From a virus: a stretch of DNA of 64,000 nucleotides. The position numbers were made by a program, and so were the translations under genes. The first letter of the stretch is position 1. Each line of letters opens with the position of its first letter. Where the stretch lies: the IMG/VR virus record IMGVR_UViG_3300029989_000016, positions 3,349 to 67,348 of that record. One strand, written 5' to 3'. The notes beneath the pieces were generated by a model that saw only the letters and a program-made list of their open reading frames with translations, was not told the DNA's origin and made no database searches. Of this stretch, positions 1 through 9,029 are shown piece after piece.

Positions 1-186
1 CCAGAGTACGATAAGCCATTCAACGTGTCATGCGGCTCGATGTCGCATGACGAGCGCCGAAAGCGCTGGGTTATGCGATTTTCTGACCTTAACGAACTGC
101 TTCGCTTCAAGTACTTTAAGCACGGTATGAAGGATGTCCCGCGCCACGGTTTATACGCCGGTTTCCGTGATCCTTCCGACCTGTAA
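1..186 (+). CDS. ATP-dependent DNA ligase, C-terminal fragment (5' truncated by window)
   Basis: Frame 1 reads PEYDKPFNVSCGSMSHDERRKRW...LRFKYFKHGMKDVPRHGLYAGFRDPSDL*, matching the OB-fold end (motif VI, KD.PR..F.GFR) of phage ligases. Confidence 0.75.
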   Translation, partial: PEYDKPFNVSCGSMSHDERRKRWVMRFSDLNELLRFKYFKHGMKDVPRHGLYAGFRDPSDL

Positions 187-225
187 CCGCCCGGCGCAGG
201 ATTCGAAAACGATTCTGCAATGTTC

Positions 226-279
226 TAAAACGCCCACTATTCAGGCACCTTACGAGGGCTTTATTTAGTGGGCGTTTTA
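226..279. repeat. 14-bp inverted repeat, possible terminator or operator
   Basis: TAAAACGCCCACTA ... TAGTGGGCGTTTTA just after the ligase stop. Confidence 0.55.
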
Positions 280-351
280 ACGTCCAGAGTGTAAATGGCA
301 TTTACTTTCAGTGTATAAAGAGCGATAATATAGATTCAGTAGGAGATTTTT

Positions 352-666
352 ATGTCACGTTTTCACGTAAGATGCATGGATTGTCAGGCGCGGCAAGTTC
401 TACGCATGCGCCCAGATGAATACATAAGGCCGCGAAAGTGCAGGGCGTGCGGCAAGTCCCGGTTTCGGATAGACAAATGGATGCAAGAGCGCAATACCAG
501 GGCGCTAGGCTGCATGTGCATCGGGTACAAATGGGCAGGTATTATGTCCGGGGCTATGCACAGAAAAGGCAGCAAGGCGTGCTGGTTTCGCAAGGACGGA
601 ACGCCGCGAGTCCCTGGCGATAAAGATTTTTATGATGAAGAATGGAGCGCAGCAAATGCAGCTTGA
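352..666 (+). CDS. Cys-rich (zinc-binding) hypothetical protein
   Basis: CxxC pairs (CMDC, CRAC), CxC and HRKGSKAC; AGGAG RBS upstream. Confidence 0.7.
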   Translation: MSRFHVRCMDCQARQVLRMRPDEYIRPRKCRACGKSRFRIDKWMQERNTRALGCMCIGYKWAGIMSGAMHRKGSKACWFRKDGTPRVPGDKDFYDEEWSAANAA

Positions 667-1018
667 GATAGAGGACGACGGATGGCATGCCGGGCCGCTA
701 TTCGTCATAAATAAGATTCGCCCGCTAGTGCGCCCGAAAGGGAAAGAGGGCATAATACACCGTGCGCAGACGAAGCGGGCGACGCCTCCGTGGGCCGATA
801 TGCAGGCAATCGCCGCGCTGTATAAGGAGGCGAAGCGCCTAACTATTTTGCATGGGGAATTATACGTTGTCGATCATATCGTGCCCAAAATAAATGATCG
901 AGTCTGCGGACTGCATGTATCGTGGAATCTGCGAGTTATACATTGGCTTGAAAATGCAAAGAAGGGCGCATTCACTTGGCCCGATATGCCTTTCGAACAA
1001 TTAACCTTTTTGGAGTAA
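659..1018 (+). CDS. HNH endonuclease-family protein
   Basis: ATPPWAD...VDHIVP...VCGLHVSWNLRVIHWLENAKK; start taken at the ATG overlapping the upstream stop (track start 632). Confidence 0.8.
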   Translation, partial: QLEIEDDGWHAGPLFVINKIRPLVRPKGKEGIIHRAQTKRATPPWADMQAIAALYKEAKRLTILHGELYVVDHIVPKINDRVCGLHVSWNLRVIHWLENAKKGAFTWPDMPFEQLTFLE

Positions 1019-1020
1019 TT

Positions 1021-1359
1021 ATGAGTACCATAACATATCGACGTAACGGAGCCACGCGAACTATCCCTACAGGCTTTAGTGTGACTACGCTTTTCTTTGG
1101 CTCTATCCCAAGCTTTTATCGCGGGCATTGGCTGGTGGCAATACCTGCATTACTGCTTATCGATCTTTTGGCCATCAATCTTTCGCTGTCACTCTTGCAC
1201 TTCGAAGACTTCGGGCTTTCCCTGTTGGCAGTCCGCGCAATCGTAGCATCGTTCAGAAATCGCTGGTTGGCCGAGCATTTTGAGGCTGACGGCTGGACTT
1301 GCCGCGCAGATGGAATTTTCGAAGTACACCACAAACAAAATCCAATCCAAGGAGCATAA
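1021..1359 (+). CDS. Membrane protein, HrgC/DUF2628-like
   Basis: GFSVTTLFFGSIPSFYRGHW motif followed by hydrophobic segments and N.W......GW; GGAG RBS. Confidence 0.6.
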   Translation: MSTITYRRNGATRTIPTGFSVTTLFFGSIPSFYRGHWLVAIPALLLIDLLAINLSLSLLHFEDFGLSLLAVRAIVASFRNRWLAEHFEADGWTCRADGIFEVHHKQNPIQGA

Positions 1360-1360
1360 G

Positions 1361-2101
1361 ATGTCTTTCAAAAAACCCGGCAAGGGTGGCGTATTCACCA
1401 CCGTATTTTTCCTGTTGATGATAGGCGGCGTAACGGCTGCTGGAATTGACGTTGAACGCTCGTCAAAAGCCGAGGCTGCGATTGCCTTCGAAAAAATGGC
1501 GTCCACAAAGACTTTGAACCGTGAGACGCCTAACGTCAAGCCGGATGATATTGCCGCGCTTGCCAGCAAGCCAGCTGCCGAAACGTCCACGAAAGTCGTG
1601 TCGAACCGTGCCCGATTTAAGAAGGGCGTCTGGGAGGTTTCGCAGTGGCGCGACGACTTCACGAAAACTGATATGAGCATTAAATGCTTGTACTCGGATC
1701 GACAAATCATCAATAACGTTGCGGGCTATGCCATGCCCTTGGAAGAGCGCGAAATGCTTTGCATACGCTCGACTCGCGGCGGCAAGTATGACGTATTCGT
1801 AAGGCTGCACTTCCAATTCATGACAGAATATACAGGCGTTGGCCATGGTAATTTCCGGTTCGATTCGAAGGATGGCACTTCTGATTTTAAATCATATTAT
1901 GTCGGTCGTAATTCCAACTGGGATTATCCGGGCGCAATCGTGATGGAATCTTCGGATGGAAACCTGGAAGAGTTGGCGGCGCGCATCGAGGCGTCTAAGT
2001 CGGTGTCGTTCAAGATAATGCTTATGGACGGTCGCGTCCAGACATTAATCTTTAGCAATCCCACGGGCAACCGCTTTATCGAAAAAGTACCCTATGAGTA
2101 A
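1361..2101 (+). CDS. N-terminally membrane-anchored hypothetical protein
   Basis: GGAG RBS, one TM segment (VFTTVFFLLMIGGV), soluble C-terminal domain. Confidence 0.65.
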   Translation: MSFKKPGKGGVFTTVFFLLMIGGVTAAGIDVERSSKAEAAIAFEKMASTKTLNRETPNVKPDDIAALASKPAAETSTKVVSNRARFKKGVWEVSQWRDDFTKTDMSIKCLYSDRQIINNVAGYAMPLEEREMLCIRSTRGGKYDVFVRLHFQFMTEYTGVGHGNFRFDSKDGTSDFKSYYVGRNSNWDYPGAIVMESSDGNLEELAARIEASKSVSFKIMLMDGRVQTLIFSNPTGNRFIEKVPYE

Positions 2102-2285
2102 CAATAGTTTCCGTAGTAAAATAGCGATTGCCGCGCTGGCCATTTTATTATCCGGTTGCGCGGCCATTGCAGAGCGCCGGGCAGGGTTCGATAGTCGGCA
2201 CCCTTGCGGCAACGTGTTGGATATCTGCCCAGGCGACAGCAAAATAATCGACGCAATTTCGCGTACACTTAATGGGAGTAATTAA
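2094..2285 (+). CDS. Small lipoprotein (o-spanin candidate)
   Basis: Signal peptide with lipobox LLSGC; two further Cys. Confidence 0.55.
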   Translation: MSNNSFRSKIAIAALAILLSGCAAIAERRAGFDSRHPCGNVLDICPGDSKIIDAISRTLNGSN

Positions 2286-2286
2286 A

Positions 2287-2550
2287 ATGCGTAAATGGTT
2301 TAATGCGACTTTCAGCCGCAAGAACGTAAATCCAGATCAGGTAAAAGAAATTTCCGGCCTGCTCATCACCATCATCGGCCAAACCGTATCCGGCAAGGTT
2401 GCCCGTGCGGCGCTCGTCGGGGTCGTTACGGTCGGGGGTGTATACCTGTCGGACGACAGCCCCAAGCCTACCCCCTCCGCAGATGCCGTAACCGTCGCAG
2501 CGGCCCGCCTCGCAGCGCCTGCCCCTATCCCCGCGACGCCTTCGCAGTAA
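2287..2550 (+). CDS. Small membrane protein (holin candidate)
   Basis: GGAG RBS; two hydrophobic stretches; converges on the endolysin gene. Confidence 0.45.
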   Translation: MRKWFNATFSRKNVNPDQVKEISGLLITIIGQTVSGKVARAALVGVVTVGGVYLSDDSPKPTPSADAVTVAAARLAAPAPIPATPSQ

Positions 2551-2570
2551 GGGCCGACGCCGGGCAAAAG

Positions 2571-2595
2571 AAAAGCCCCTTTTCAGGGGCTTTTT
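2571..2595. terminator. Bidirectional rho-independent terminator
   Basis: AAAAGCCCCT-TTTC-AGGGGCTTTTT between convergent genes. Confidence 0.85.
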
Positions 2596-2608
2596 AACGT
2601 CTGCCGGA

Positions 2609-3070
2609 TTAGCGAACCGGCAAGATTCCTACGCGGGTTCCTTTTGAGTCGATTGTGATGATGCGGTTGACTGCGCGCTCTACCGTCTTCGTGCTGACGT
2701 GAACCCAGGTCAGTTCGTTGATGATCTGTCCGATTCCGAATTCGTCCAGGTGCGGCAAAAGCAGGTTGCAGACTTCGTAGGGAGTCAGGCCCTTTGCCTT
2801 GAAGTCGCAAGCATAGCCCTTTACGTGGTGGCTGCTGTCCGCGCTTCCGATGCCGCGATTTACCGGGATCGAACGGAACCCGGACAGATCGTACATTGGC
2901 GTATCTGCGCCGCGATGCGCGCTGAGGAAGTCTCGGATTTTTTGCAGCATCGTCGCAGTTGCGGTCAGGTTTGCAATCTCTTCGGCACTAGGAACGTTAG
3001 GTACTTTATGGGCCGAAGCCCATGCCGAATCGGTAAGCTCTTTGAGTTTGAAGTTTTTAGCCAAGTTCAT
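2609..3070 (-). CDS. Endolysin, peptidase M15 family (Zn peptidase)
   Basis: NFKLKEL..S, SGFRS..VN..IG, SHHVKGYACD, WVHVS motifs; last gene of the late operon. Confidence 0.85.
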   Translation of the reverse strand: MNLAKNFKLKELTDSAWASAHKVPNVPSAEEIANLTATATMLQKIRDFLSAHRGADTPMYDLSGFRSIPVNRGIGSADSSHHVKGYACDFKAKGLTPYEVCNLLLPHLDEFGIGQIINELTWVHVSTKTVERAVNRIITIDSKGTRVGILPVR

Positions 3071-3090
3071 TTTGATTTCCTTATGGTTTA

Positions 3091-5709
3091 TTAAGCAGTT
3101 TCCGCGCTTGCCTCCCAATGCCCCTGGACATTATATTGTCTAGCGGCTATTGAAGGTCTTATGGTGAATCTCTTGGTGGAAGTATCAGATGCTACAACCC
3201 CGCCCTGGAATGCCGTAGGCGTGCCATTTGCTGACGTTCCTTGGCACGCCCATCCTGCAACGTTTCCGATGTAGCCGCGAAGACTCACAACAGGAGGGGT
3301 GGCCATAGAAACTGGGAATCTTATTATAAACTTTCCGTTGTTTTCAAGAGAATCGCATCCGTCAGAATAAGACACTCCTGCCAGAAGTGCGGTTGCGTCC
3401 GCTGCGATGAAAGGCGCCATATTTTCAGGGAACGAATTACAATACTTTCTCTGGCACATAGAAAGTTCCGTGGCGATATCGCGGCGAGAAAATGGCATTG
3501 CAGGCCCAACATTAAAACTTACTCCAGAAAGGCCGAAAGTGCCATTCGATCCCAATACGGATACGGCCCCAGTAACGCCGATGAACGTTCCTGATCGCCA
3601 CGCACCCGCCGCAGCCAAAAGTCCTGATCCTGATCCGAGATTGAACCGAATACGGAGGCCTGTTGAGGTTCCGCCTCCAATAGCATTGGCCGTATCGCCT
3701 GGAATGTTTACTGTGATGGCAGTCCAGACGTTTGCGACTGGTATGCTAAATGTGAAAGGGAAGGACATAGATGCAATGGAATTGAAAATTGCGCCAGAGT
3801 GAGTTCCCGCGATGCTTGATCGAACCATGGCTGACAAAGTGCATGATTTAGCACTTGCCGTGCCATACTGAATGTCGGCCAAGTTATTTCCTTCGATGGA
3901 TTGCGTAATCTGATACCCCTCATTGGCAGGTGCGACGTATGCCGCGACCGATCCAAAACCTAAATAATTTGGGAATCCTAATGCTGTTGCCCATGCGCCG
4001 TAGTTTAGTCCGAGGGTGAATTTTCCACCTACAGTCGGATCATAATTCCAGTAATCCAGGCAATATCCTGTGGCCGTAGTGGACGATCCTATAAATCTTT
4101 GATTTACTCGCATGTCTCCATTTATTATTCTGTTCTGCATTCCGCCAAGGAATGAGCCATTAATGCTGGCCAGATTAAAGTTCTGGGACGCATCGCCATT
4201 TATAGCGGCCTTGAGATTAAGCTCATAATTATCGTTTACTCTGGCAGTGCAAATTCCCACCTGCCACGTATTAGCTCCATCAGAAACAAGCTCGGCTTGC
4301 TGACCATTAAATATTTGTAAGTTTGAAAGCACTCCTTGATAGCTGATGATGGAGCTGCCAGAAGGAGATATGGTAATAGTAGTCTTGGTTTGTAAGCCCT
4401 TGACGCTTGAGAACGTAACGACATCACCAGATTTTGCACCTATTGATGATGGCGTTGGAATGATGACAGAAAAGTCCGCATTCGCACCTACGATTAAAGA
4501 GCCTATATCGGTCGAAGATATTGCTATAGCTCCGGTTAGTGCGGTAATTTTCGTGTACCCAGACAATCCACCCTTGATCATTCCTTTTACTGCTGATGGA
4601 GTTGATCCGCTGTTGGTTTGATACCACGCGCCGGAGCCTGTGCTTATGGCGAAAATTGCAGTCTCTCCGGCTGATAGATAGTACGAGGTTACTGTAGAGC
4701 TGGAGTCGGACAGCACGACGCCTGATGCAAAGTTGATAGTACCGCCCGCAATCGCAGTCACTGAAAACGCCATACCCTGCAATGCAACATCCATAGCGGG
4801 AACGTTAAGGGTGGATGTGGCGCTTGCCATCTGAATCCACGATCCTGCCATTGCGTTCGTGAATGCTACGGTTGCTCCAGATGCCACTGCCGAACCAGCG
4901 CCATAGTACTTAAGTCCCAATCCCATCACATAGGACGTAGATGCAGCCTGATTAGTGTTGTTGAATCTCGCAGCCGTTGGAACGGTCGGCGATCCTTGGA
5001 ACGCCGGGGATTGCAGAGGTGCAGCGGTCGCCCAGGAAGTAAACGGCAATGTGTTTATTTGTGACCTGGAATTAATGCTTCCGTCATAGCCTCGATAATT
5101 CTGAATCTTAACAGTGCCTGAACTAGTGGCCCACGTTTTTGTTTCAAGCATTCCTGCGGCGATTGTGGGCGGCTGATTAGAACTTGCTGCCAAAATAGCA
5201 TCTGATTGGAAAGCGAATGTTCCATCAGCAACAACATTGAAGTCGATTGCAGCTTGAATAATAGCTGCTGAAGGCCCTGACAGCCCACCCCAAGGCATTG
5301 GAATTGCACTTACGATATTGGCATAAGTTCGCACAGGCTCCCATGATGTGGGCGACGATGCAGGGTTTGTTACATTCGCCGCGACAATAGAGCGATATGG
5401 AACCGCAACGCCACCTGTAACGTAGCTGACTTCTGAATTTATGTCGTAGCCACCAGGCATATCGCTGTACCAGATCGGGCGAGAATATTTTTGCCATTGC
5501 TGTACGTTTTCCGACAACAAGTTAAACAAAAAGTTTTGCGCTCGTCGCTCAACGGCTTTTGCGGCGGGATTACCTGATGCAAGACTGATTTCATAGTCCG
5601 GGCCGTAACCGTTCGTAAAGTTGACGAAACCGGCAGGGCTTAATTGCGGAACGTCTACCAAGTCACCCGCATTTGCGAAGGGCTTAAGAATTAATTTTGG
5701 GCTTGCCAT
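3091..5709 (-). CDS. Tail fibre / receptor-binding protein
   Basis: N-terminus PFANAGD..VP...GYGPDYE..AK.VER typical of PB1/Bcep781-type fibres; SPAF.G.PT.PT repeat; C-terminal NRIINGDMRVNQR...ELSMCQRKY module. Confidence 0.9.
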   Translation of the reverse strand: MASPKLILKPFANAGDLVDVPQLSPAGFVNFTNGYGPDYEISLASGNPAAKAVERRAQNFLFNLLSENVQQWQKYSRPIWYSDMPGGYDINSEVSYVTGGVAVPYRSIVAANVTNPASSPTSWEPVRTYANIVSAIPMPWGGLSGPSAAIIQAAIDFNVVADGTFAFQSDAILAASSNQPPTIAAGMLETKTWATSSGTVKIQNYRGYDGSINSRSQINTLPFTSWATAAPLQSPAFQGSPTVPTAARFNNTNQAASTSYVMGLGLKYYGAGSAVASGATVAFTNAMAGSWIQMASATSTLNVPAMDVALQGMAFSVTAIAGGTINFASGVVLSDSSSTVTSYYLSAGETAIFAISTGSGAWYQTNSGSTPSAVKGMIKGGLSGYTKITALTGAIAISSTDIGSLIVGANADFSVIIPTPSSIGAKSGDVVTFSSVKGLQTKTTITISPSGSSIISYQGVLSNLQIFNGQQAELVSDGANTWQVGICTARVNDNYELNLKAAINGDASQNFNLASINGSFLGGMQNRIINGDMRVNQRFIGSSTTATGYCLDYWNYDPTVGGKFTLGLNYGAWATALGFPNYLGFGSVAAYVAPANEGYQITQSIEGNNLADIQYGTASAKSCTLSAMVRSSIAGTHSGAIFNSIASMSFPFTFSIPVANVWTAITVNIPGDTANAIGGGTSTGLRIRFNLGSGSGLLAAAGAWRSGTFIGVTGAVSVLGSNGTFGLSGVSFNVGPAMPFSRRDIATELSMCQRKYCNSFPENMAPFIAADATALLAGVSYSDGCDSLENNGKFIIRFPVSMATPPVVSLRGYIGNVAGWACQGTSANGTPTAFQGGVVASDTSTKRFTIRPSIAARQYNVQGHWEASAETA

Positions 5710-5711
5710 TG

Positions 5712-6401
5712 TTACTCCTGTATAACAGTTATCTTACTTCCACCGAATTGCGGCACAATTCCGTACTCTGGCTTATTAAGAAGATTTAGAAACTGGCCAG
5801 AGAAATTCATTGCGCGGCCAATCCGATATTCTACCTTAAATGCACCAACTATATTAGGGCTTGACGATCCGGCAGGGGTTATCCCGGTCGAATCCGTACA
5901 GTAAAAATACTTGCCAGCCGCGAAGTCCCAAGGCTTTTCTTCGTTGAATATATACGCAAGCATTCTGTTTACATATTTGACGCTGCCGTTAGATATGAGC
6001 ATTGCATAACGCAATTGCAAAGCCCATCTGACTTCTTGAATACTCAACAAAGTAGTATCACCACCACCGTAAAAGTTACCGCCTACGGTATTAGGGTTTG
6101 CTACTGCGCCTCCAGAGTATTTGAAGTTCTGACGGTTAGGGCCGTATGCCCACGAGAAGTTGCCTGGATAAAGGCCGAATAGTTGCGACGGAACGCCCAG
6201 AATAATACACCAGACCATAAGGCCGAACGTGTTGGCAGTTCGCAAGTCGAATACGGATATCTTCCAGTTTTCCCAGAAAATATTTTGGTTCGTATTATAA
6301 AATGCGGCCTTATCCTGGATGATTTTCGTAACATGCGGGGCGTTACTATGCAACCATTTTATCGCTCGCTGCACGTCAATAACGTAAGGGGTCATAGTCA
6401 T
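5712..6401 (-). CDS. Baseplate protein, DUF2612-like
   Basis: VFDLRTANTFGL.VWCIILG motif; lies between baseplate J and the fibre. Confidence 0.75.
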   Translation of the reverse strand: MTMTPYVIDVQRAIKWLHSNAPHVTKIIQDKAAFYNTNQNIFWENWKISVFDLRTANTFGLMVWCIILGVPSQLFGLYPGNFSWAYGPNRQNFKYSGGAVANPNTVGGNFYGGGDTTLLSIQEVRWALQLRYAMLISNGSVKYVNRMLAYIFNEEKPWDFAAGKYFYCTDSTGITPAGSSSPNIVGAFKVEYRIGRAMNFSGQFLNLLNKPEYGIVPQFGGSKITVIQE

Positions 6402-7657
6402 GGCGCGACGGTTACGGTGATGTTATTGATTAGCAGAATTGCCATTTCAAAAGGTTTCAGAACGACCTCAGCCGAATATCCGGCAGGGAATGCGGGCGGC
6501 GATGATCCGGTAAGGACTGCTGCCACGCGAACGTCCTTGATGTACAGGCCAGGAAGCTGACGCGCAACGGCCCCGCCCATTTCGAACGACGATACACTTG
6601 CGCCGACGACTAGGCCCGGCTCACCATCCTCTAATCCGCTTACATAGTTCATGATTGCGCGCTGGATCGCCGGGGCAGGTGCCGCAACGCTGCTGGATTG
6701 CTTTACGGTAATGTTCACGTAGCAATCATACAGGGTCGGAATCGTCCACTTCGTATAGTACGAAACGCCCGTTGCTGGATCGATAGTCGGCACGCCTAGA
6801 GGGCTGCTAACGGGCGTGCCGCTTGCCGTTCCGTAGTCCCATGGGCATCCTCCGTGGTGCGCCTCGTACAGCGCTGCGGCGACTGCTGCGGCATTCGGTG
6901 CGCCAGCCACGCAAACCCACATGGCATTCGGCAGTACGAAATTAACCCCAGCAATAACGCCTGCCGCGCCTGTGTTGTTTTCGATTACTTGACAGGACGT
7001 AACGTTATCCACCTTCATAACTGCGGCGCGAATTGCGGCTGACGATCCTACGCCCTGAGTAGCAAGCTGCTGGTTGCGTGCGGTTTTAAGTTGTGGGTCT
7101 TGCAGCGCAAGAGTGCCATTCACGATAACCGTCGCGCCAGTAGTCATAGCGCCACCCCATCCGATGGTTCCATCCATGATTCGAAGCGAAGGCGAGGCGA
7201 TAGGAATCACTCCGAATTCAACAGAGCGTATATCTGCCGTCACCGTACCACTTACTGGAATCGTAATCGGCGTGATGGTCGTGAAAATATCGCCAGCCGT
7301 AGTCTGCAAGCGCGATCCTGCCGGAATATTGGTGGCGCTATTACCGGTGAAGGTTACGTTACGCGCTACTGTTGATGCATTCTTGCCGCGAGTAATTCCC
7401 ATCAACGCGGCGATTGAATCCAAAAACGTACCGTATGCAAGATTAGGGTTAATCTGATTGGCCAGTTCCGAATTGTTTTTGATTACGCCAGTACGTGCAA
7501 TGACCTCTGCCGTAATCATAGTTCCTTGCGGCGTACTCGATCCTAAATCCAGACTCGTTCCGAAGTTATCAGTCCACTCTTTTTGGACTTCCATCAGCAC
7601 TGTTTCGGTATCAGGCGATATTGCCCCGGTATCCGTGATGTAATTATAACCGCTCAT
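6398..7657 (-). CDS. Baseplate J-like wedge protein
   Basis: STPQG, INPNLAYGTFLDSIAAL.GITR, V.SC.VIEN.T motifs. Confidence 0.85.
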   Translation of the reverse strand: MSGYNYITDTGAISPDTETVLMEVQKEWTDNFGTSLDLGSSTPQGTMITAEVIARTGVIKNNSELANQINPNLAYGTFLDSIAALMGITRGKNASTVARNVTFTGNSATNIPAGSRLQTTAGDIFTTITPITIPVSGTVTADIRSVEFGVIPIASPSLRIMDGTIGWGGAMTTGATVIVNGTLALQDPQLKTARNQQLATQGVGSSAAIRAAVMKVDNVTSCQVIENNTGAAGVIAGVNFVLPNAMWVCVAGAPNAAAVAAALYEAHHGGCPWDYGTASGTPVSSPLGVPTIDPATGVSYYTKWTIPTLYDCYVNITVKQSSSVAAPAPAIQRAIMNYVSGLEDGEPGLVVGASVSSFEMGGAVARQLPGLYIKDVRVAAVLTGSSPPAFPAGYSAEVVLKPFEMAILLINNITVTVAP

Positions 7658-8439
7658 TAAACCATTCCTCCATCTGTTCGTTGACCGGCTTCATGACCGG
7701 TCTGTATGTGGCCGTGCGTGGATACGGTAATCCCAGCGACGGTTGTGGTTTGCGGCAAAGCGCACAAGGACGTACCGCCAGCGCCGCCCGTCGCGCTGAA
7801 TCCGCCATTAACGTTAGTCATTCCGGTAAGCAACGAAGTTCCTTTTACGATCAGATTTTTATCAACAGTAACGTTGCCCGTCATTTCAGTCTCAGGCACA
7901 TCAATAAGAACTTTGCTAGGGGCTGTGATCTTTATATTATCGGATCGAATTGAAATTCGCGTCTTGGAATCAGTGGACTGTATAACCATGGCCCCTGAAT
8001 CTTCGCCATTTATGACGTAATTTCTGAATACGTCAGGCACGAACATACCAGAGCTAAATTTGTGAATGGTGCCAGTATTGGGTGGAGATTCTTTTAGCGT
8101 CTGCATAAACAGAGCCATATCACGATCTGCCGCGTGAATCCAGCCCAAGTCGCCTGTCGAAATAGGGAAGCTTATGTGGAAATTGCCAGCACCTATAGAC
8201 AGGGCTGGCACTTCGGCAAGTTCGAAACGGGATCGCGGCTTATCATTAAGACCCACCCATGTTATCAGCGGCTTTACTGTTGCGACATTCTTCGCCCGGT
8301 CGTAATTCACGACTATGGCTGGAAGCATTCCTTCCATTGAAATATCATGCTGGCGCATCATCGAACTCAGAGCCGCGAAAAGACTTGTATCGTCGTTTGG
8401 CGTCGCAGATGTAAGGGGGATTAGATTTTCTTCGGCCAT
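7657..8439 (-). CDS. Baseplate spike (Gp138/gpV-like)
   Basis: LPAIVV.YD....ATVKP, FPI..GDLGWI..ADRD, H.FS..MFVP, terminal HxH metal site (THGH). Confidence 0.85.
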   Translation of the reverse strand: MAEENLIPLTSATPNDDTSLFAALSSMMRQHDISMEGMLPAIVVNYDRAKNVATVKPLITWVGLNDKPRSRFELAEVPALSIGAGNFHISFPISTGDLGWIHAADRDMALFMQTLKESPPNTGTIHKFSSGMFVPDVFRNYVINGEDSGAMVIQSTDSKTRISIRSDNIKITAPSKVLIDVPETEMTGNVTVDKNLIVKGTSLLTGMTNVNGGFSATGGAGGTSLCALPQTTTVAGITVSTHGHIQTGHEAGQRTDGGMV

Positions 8440-8495
8440 ATACGCTCCATTAATCCCGGTATTATATCCGTATGCGACGCCCTAGTAAAATGCCA

Positions 8496-9029
8496 TTATA
8501 CTTTGCTTTTCTTCATAGAGTCTTCATTAGCCAAAGCTTGATTAACGCCTTTGGCGACGGCGACATCAAACATTTTAAATGCATCTTCAAGAGAATAATA
8601 CTCTTCCAATTCGCGCAGCGTAGCTATACCGTCTTGCAATAGCTGCGCGATTAATGGATCCACGCTAACGCTATTGACGGGCGTGGAGTCGCCGCGAAAA
8701 CGTGACGGTACTTTTACGCCTCGCCATGTTTTCAGGAACTTGAAAGTGTGATCGCTGGAATATACAGTAATGGCGCGCATGACCATAATCGGCGGCATCT
8801 TTCCGATTCCGTCACGAACGTGCAAATTGATTGCCTCTGTTGTATCAAGTCGGCACCATACGCCAGTCTCTCGCATGCCGTCCATAATCATCGCTTCGGT
8901 ATTGCCCAGAATAATGCAAGGCGGAATATCACCCGGCATCGCCATAAGCTCTAACGCACGCACTGCCGCGAACTGGCGCGAACGGTATTGGCGACCGAAC
9001 ACGGTAAATGTTTTAGTTTGAACGCTCAT
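8496..9029 (-). CDS. Tail assembly chaperone-like protein
   Basis: C-terminal IATLRELEEYYSLEDAFKMFD resembles myophage tail chaperone C-termini. Confidence 0.55.
   Translation of the reverse strand: MSVQTKTFTVFGRQYRSRQFAAVRALELMAMPGDIPPCIILGNTEAMIMDGMRETGVWCRLDTTEAINLHVRDGIGKMPPIMVMRAITVYSSDHTFKFLKTWRGVKVPSRFRGDSTPVNSVSVDPLIAQLLQDGIATLRELEEYYSLEDAFKMFDVAVAKGVNQALANEDSMKKSKV

Noticed and set aside
659-1018. HNH gene as part of a self-splicing intron or mobile element
   Set aside because: It does not interrupt a gene and no intron core is evident; DnaE, TerL and the helicases show no intein or intron-sized insertions
3091-3400. Diversity-generating retroelement target in the fibre C-terminus
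   Set aside because: No reverse transcriptase and no second copy (template repeat) seen in the window
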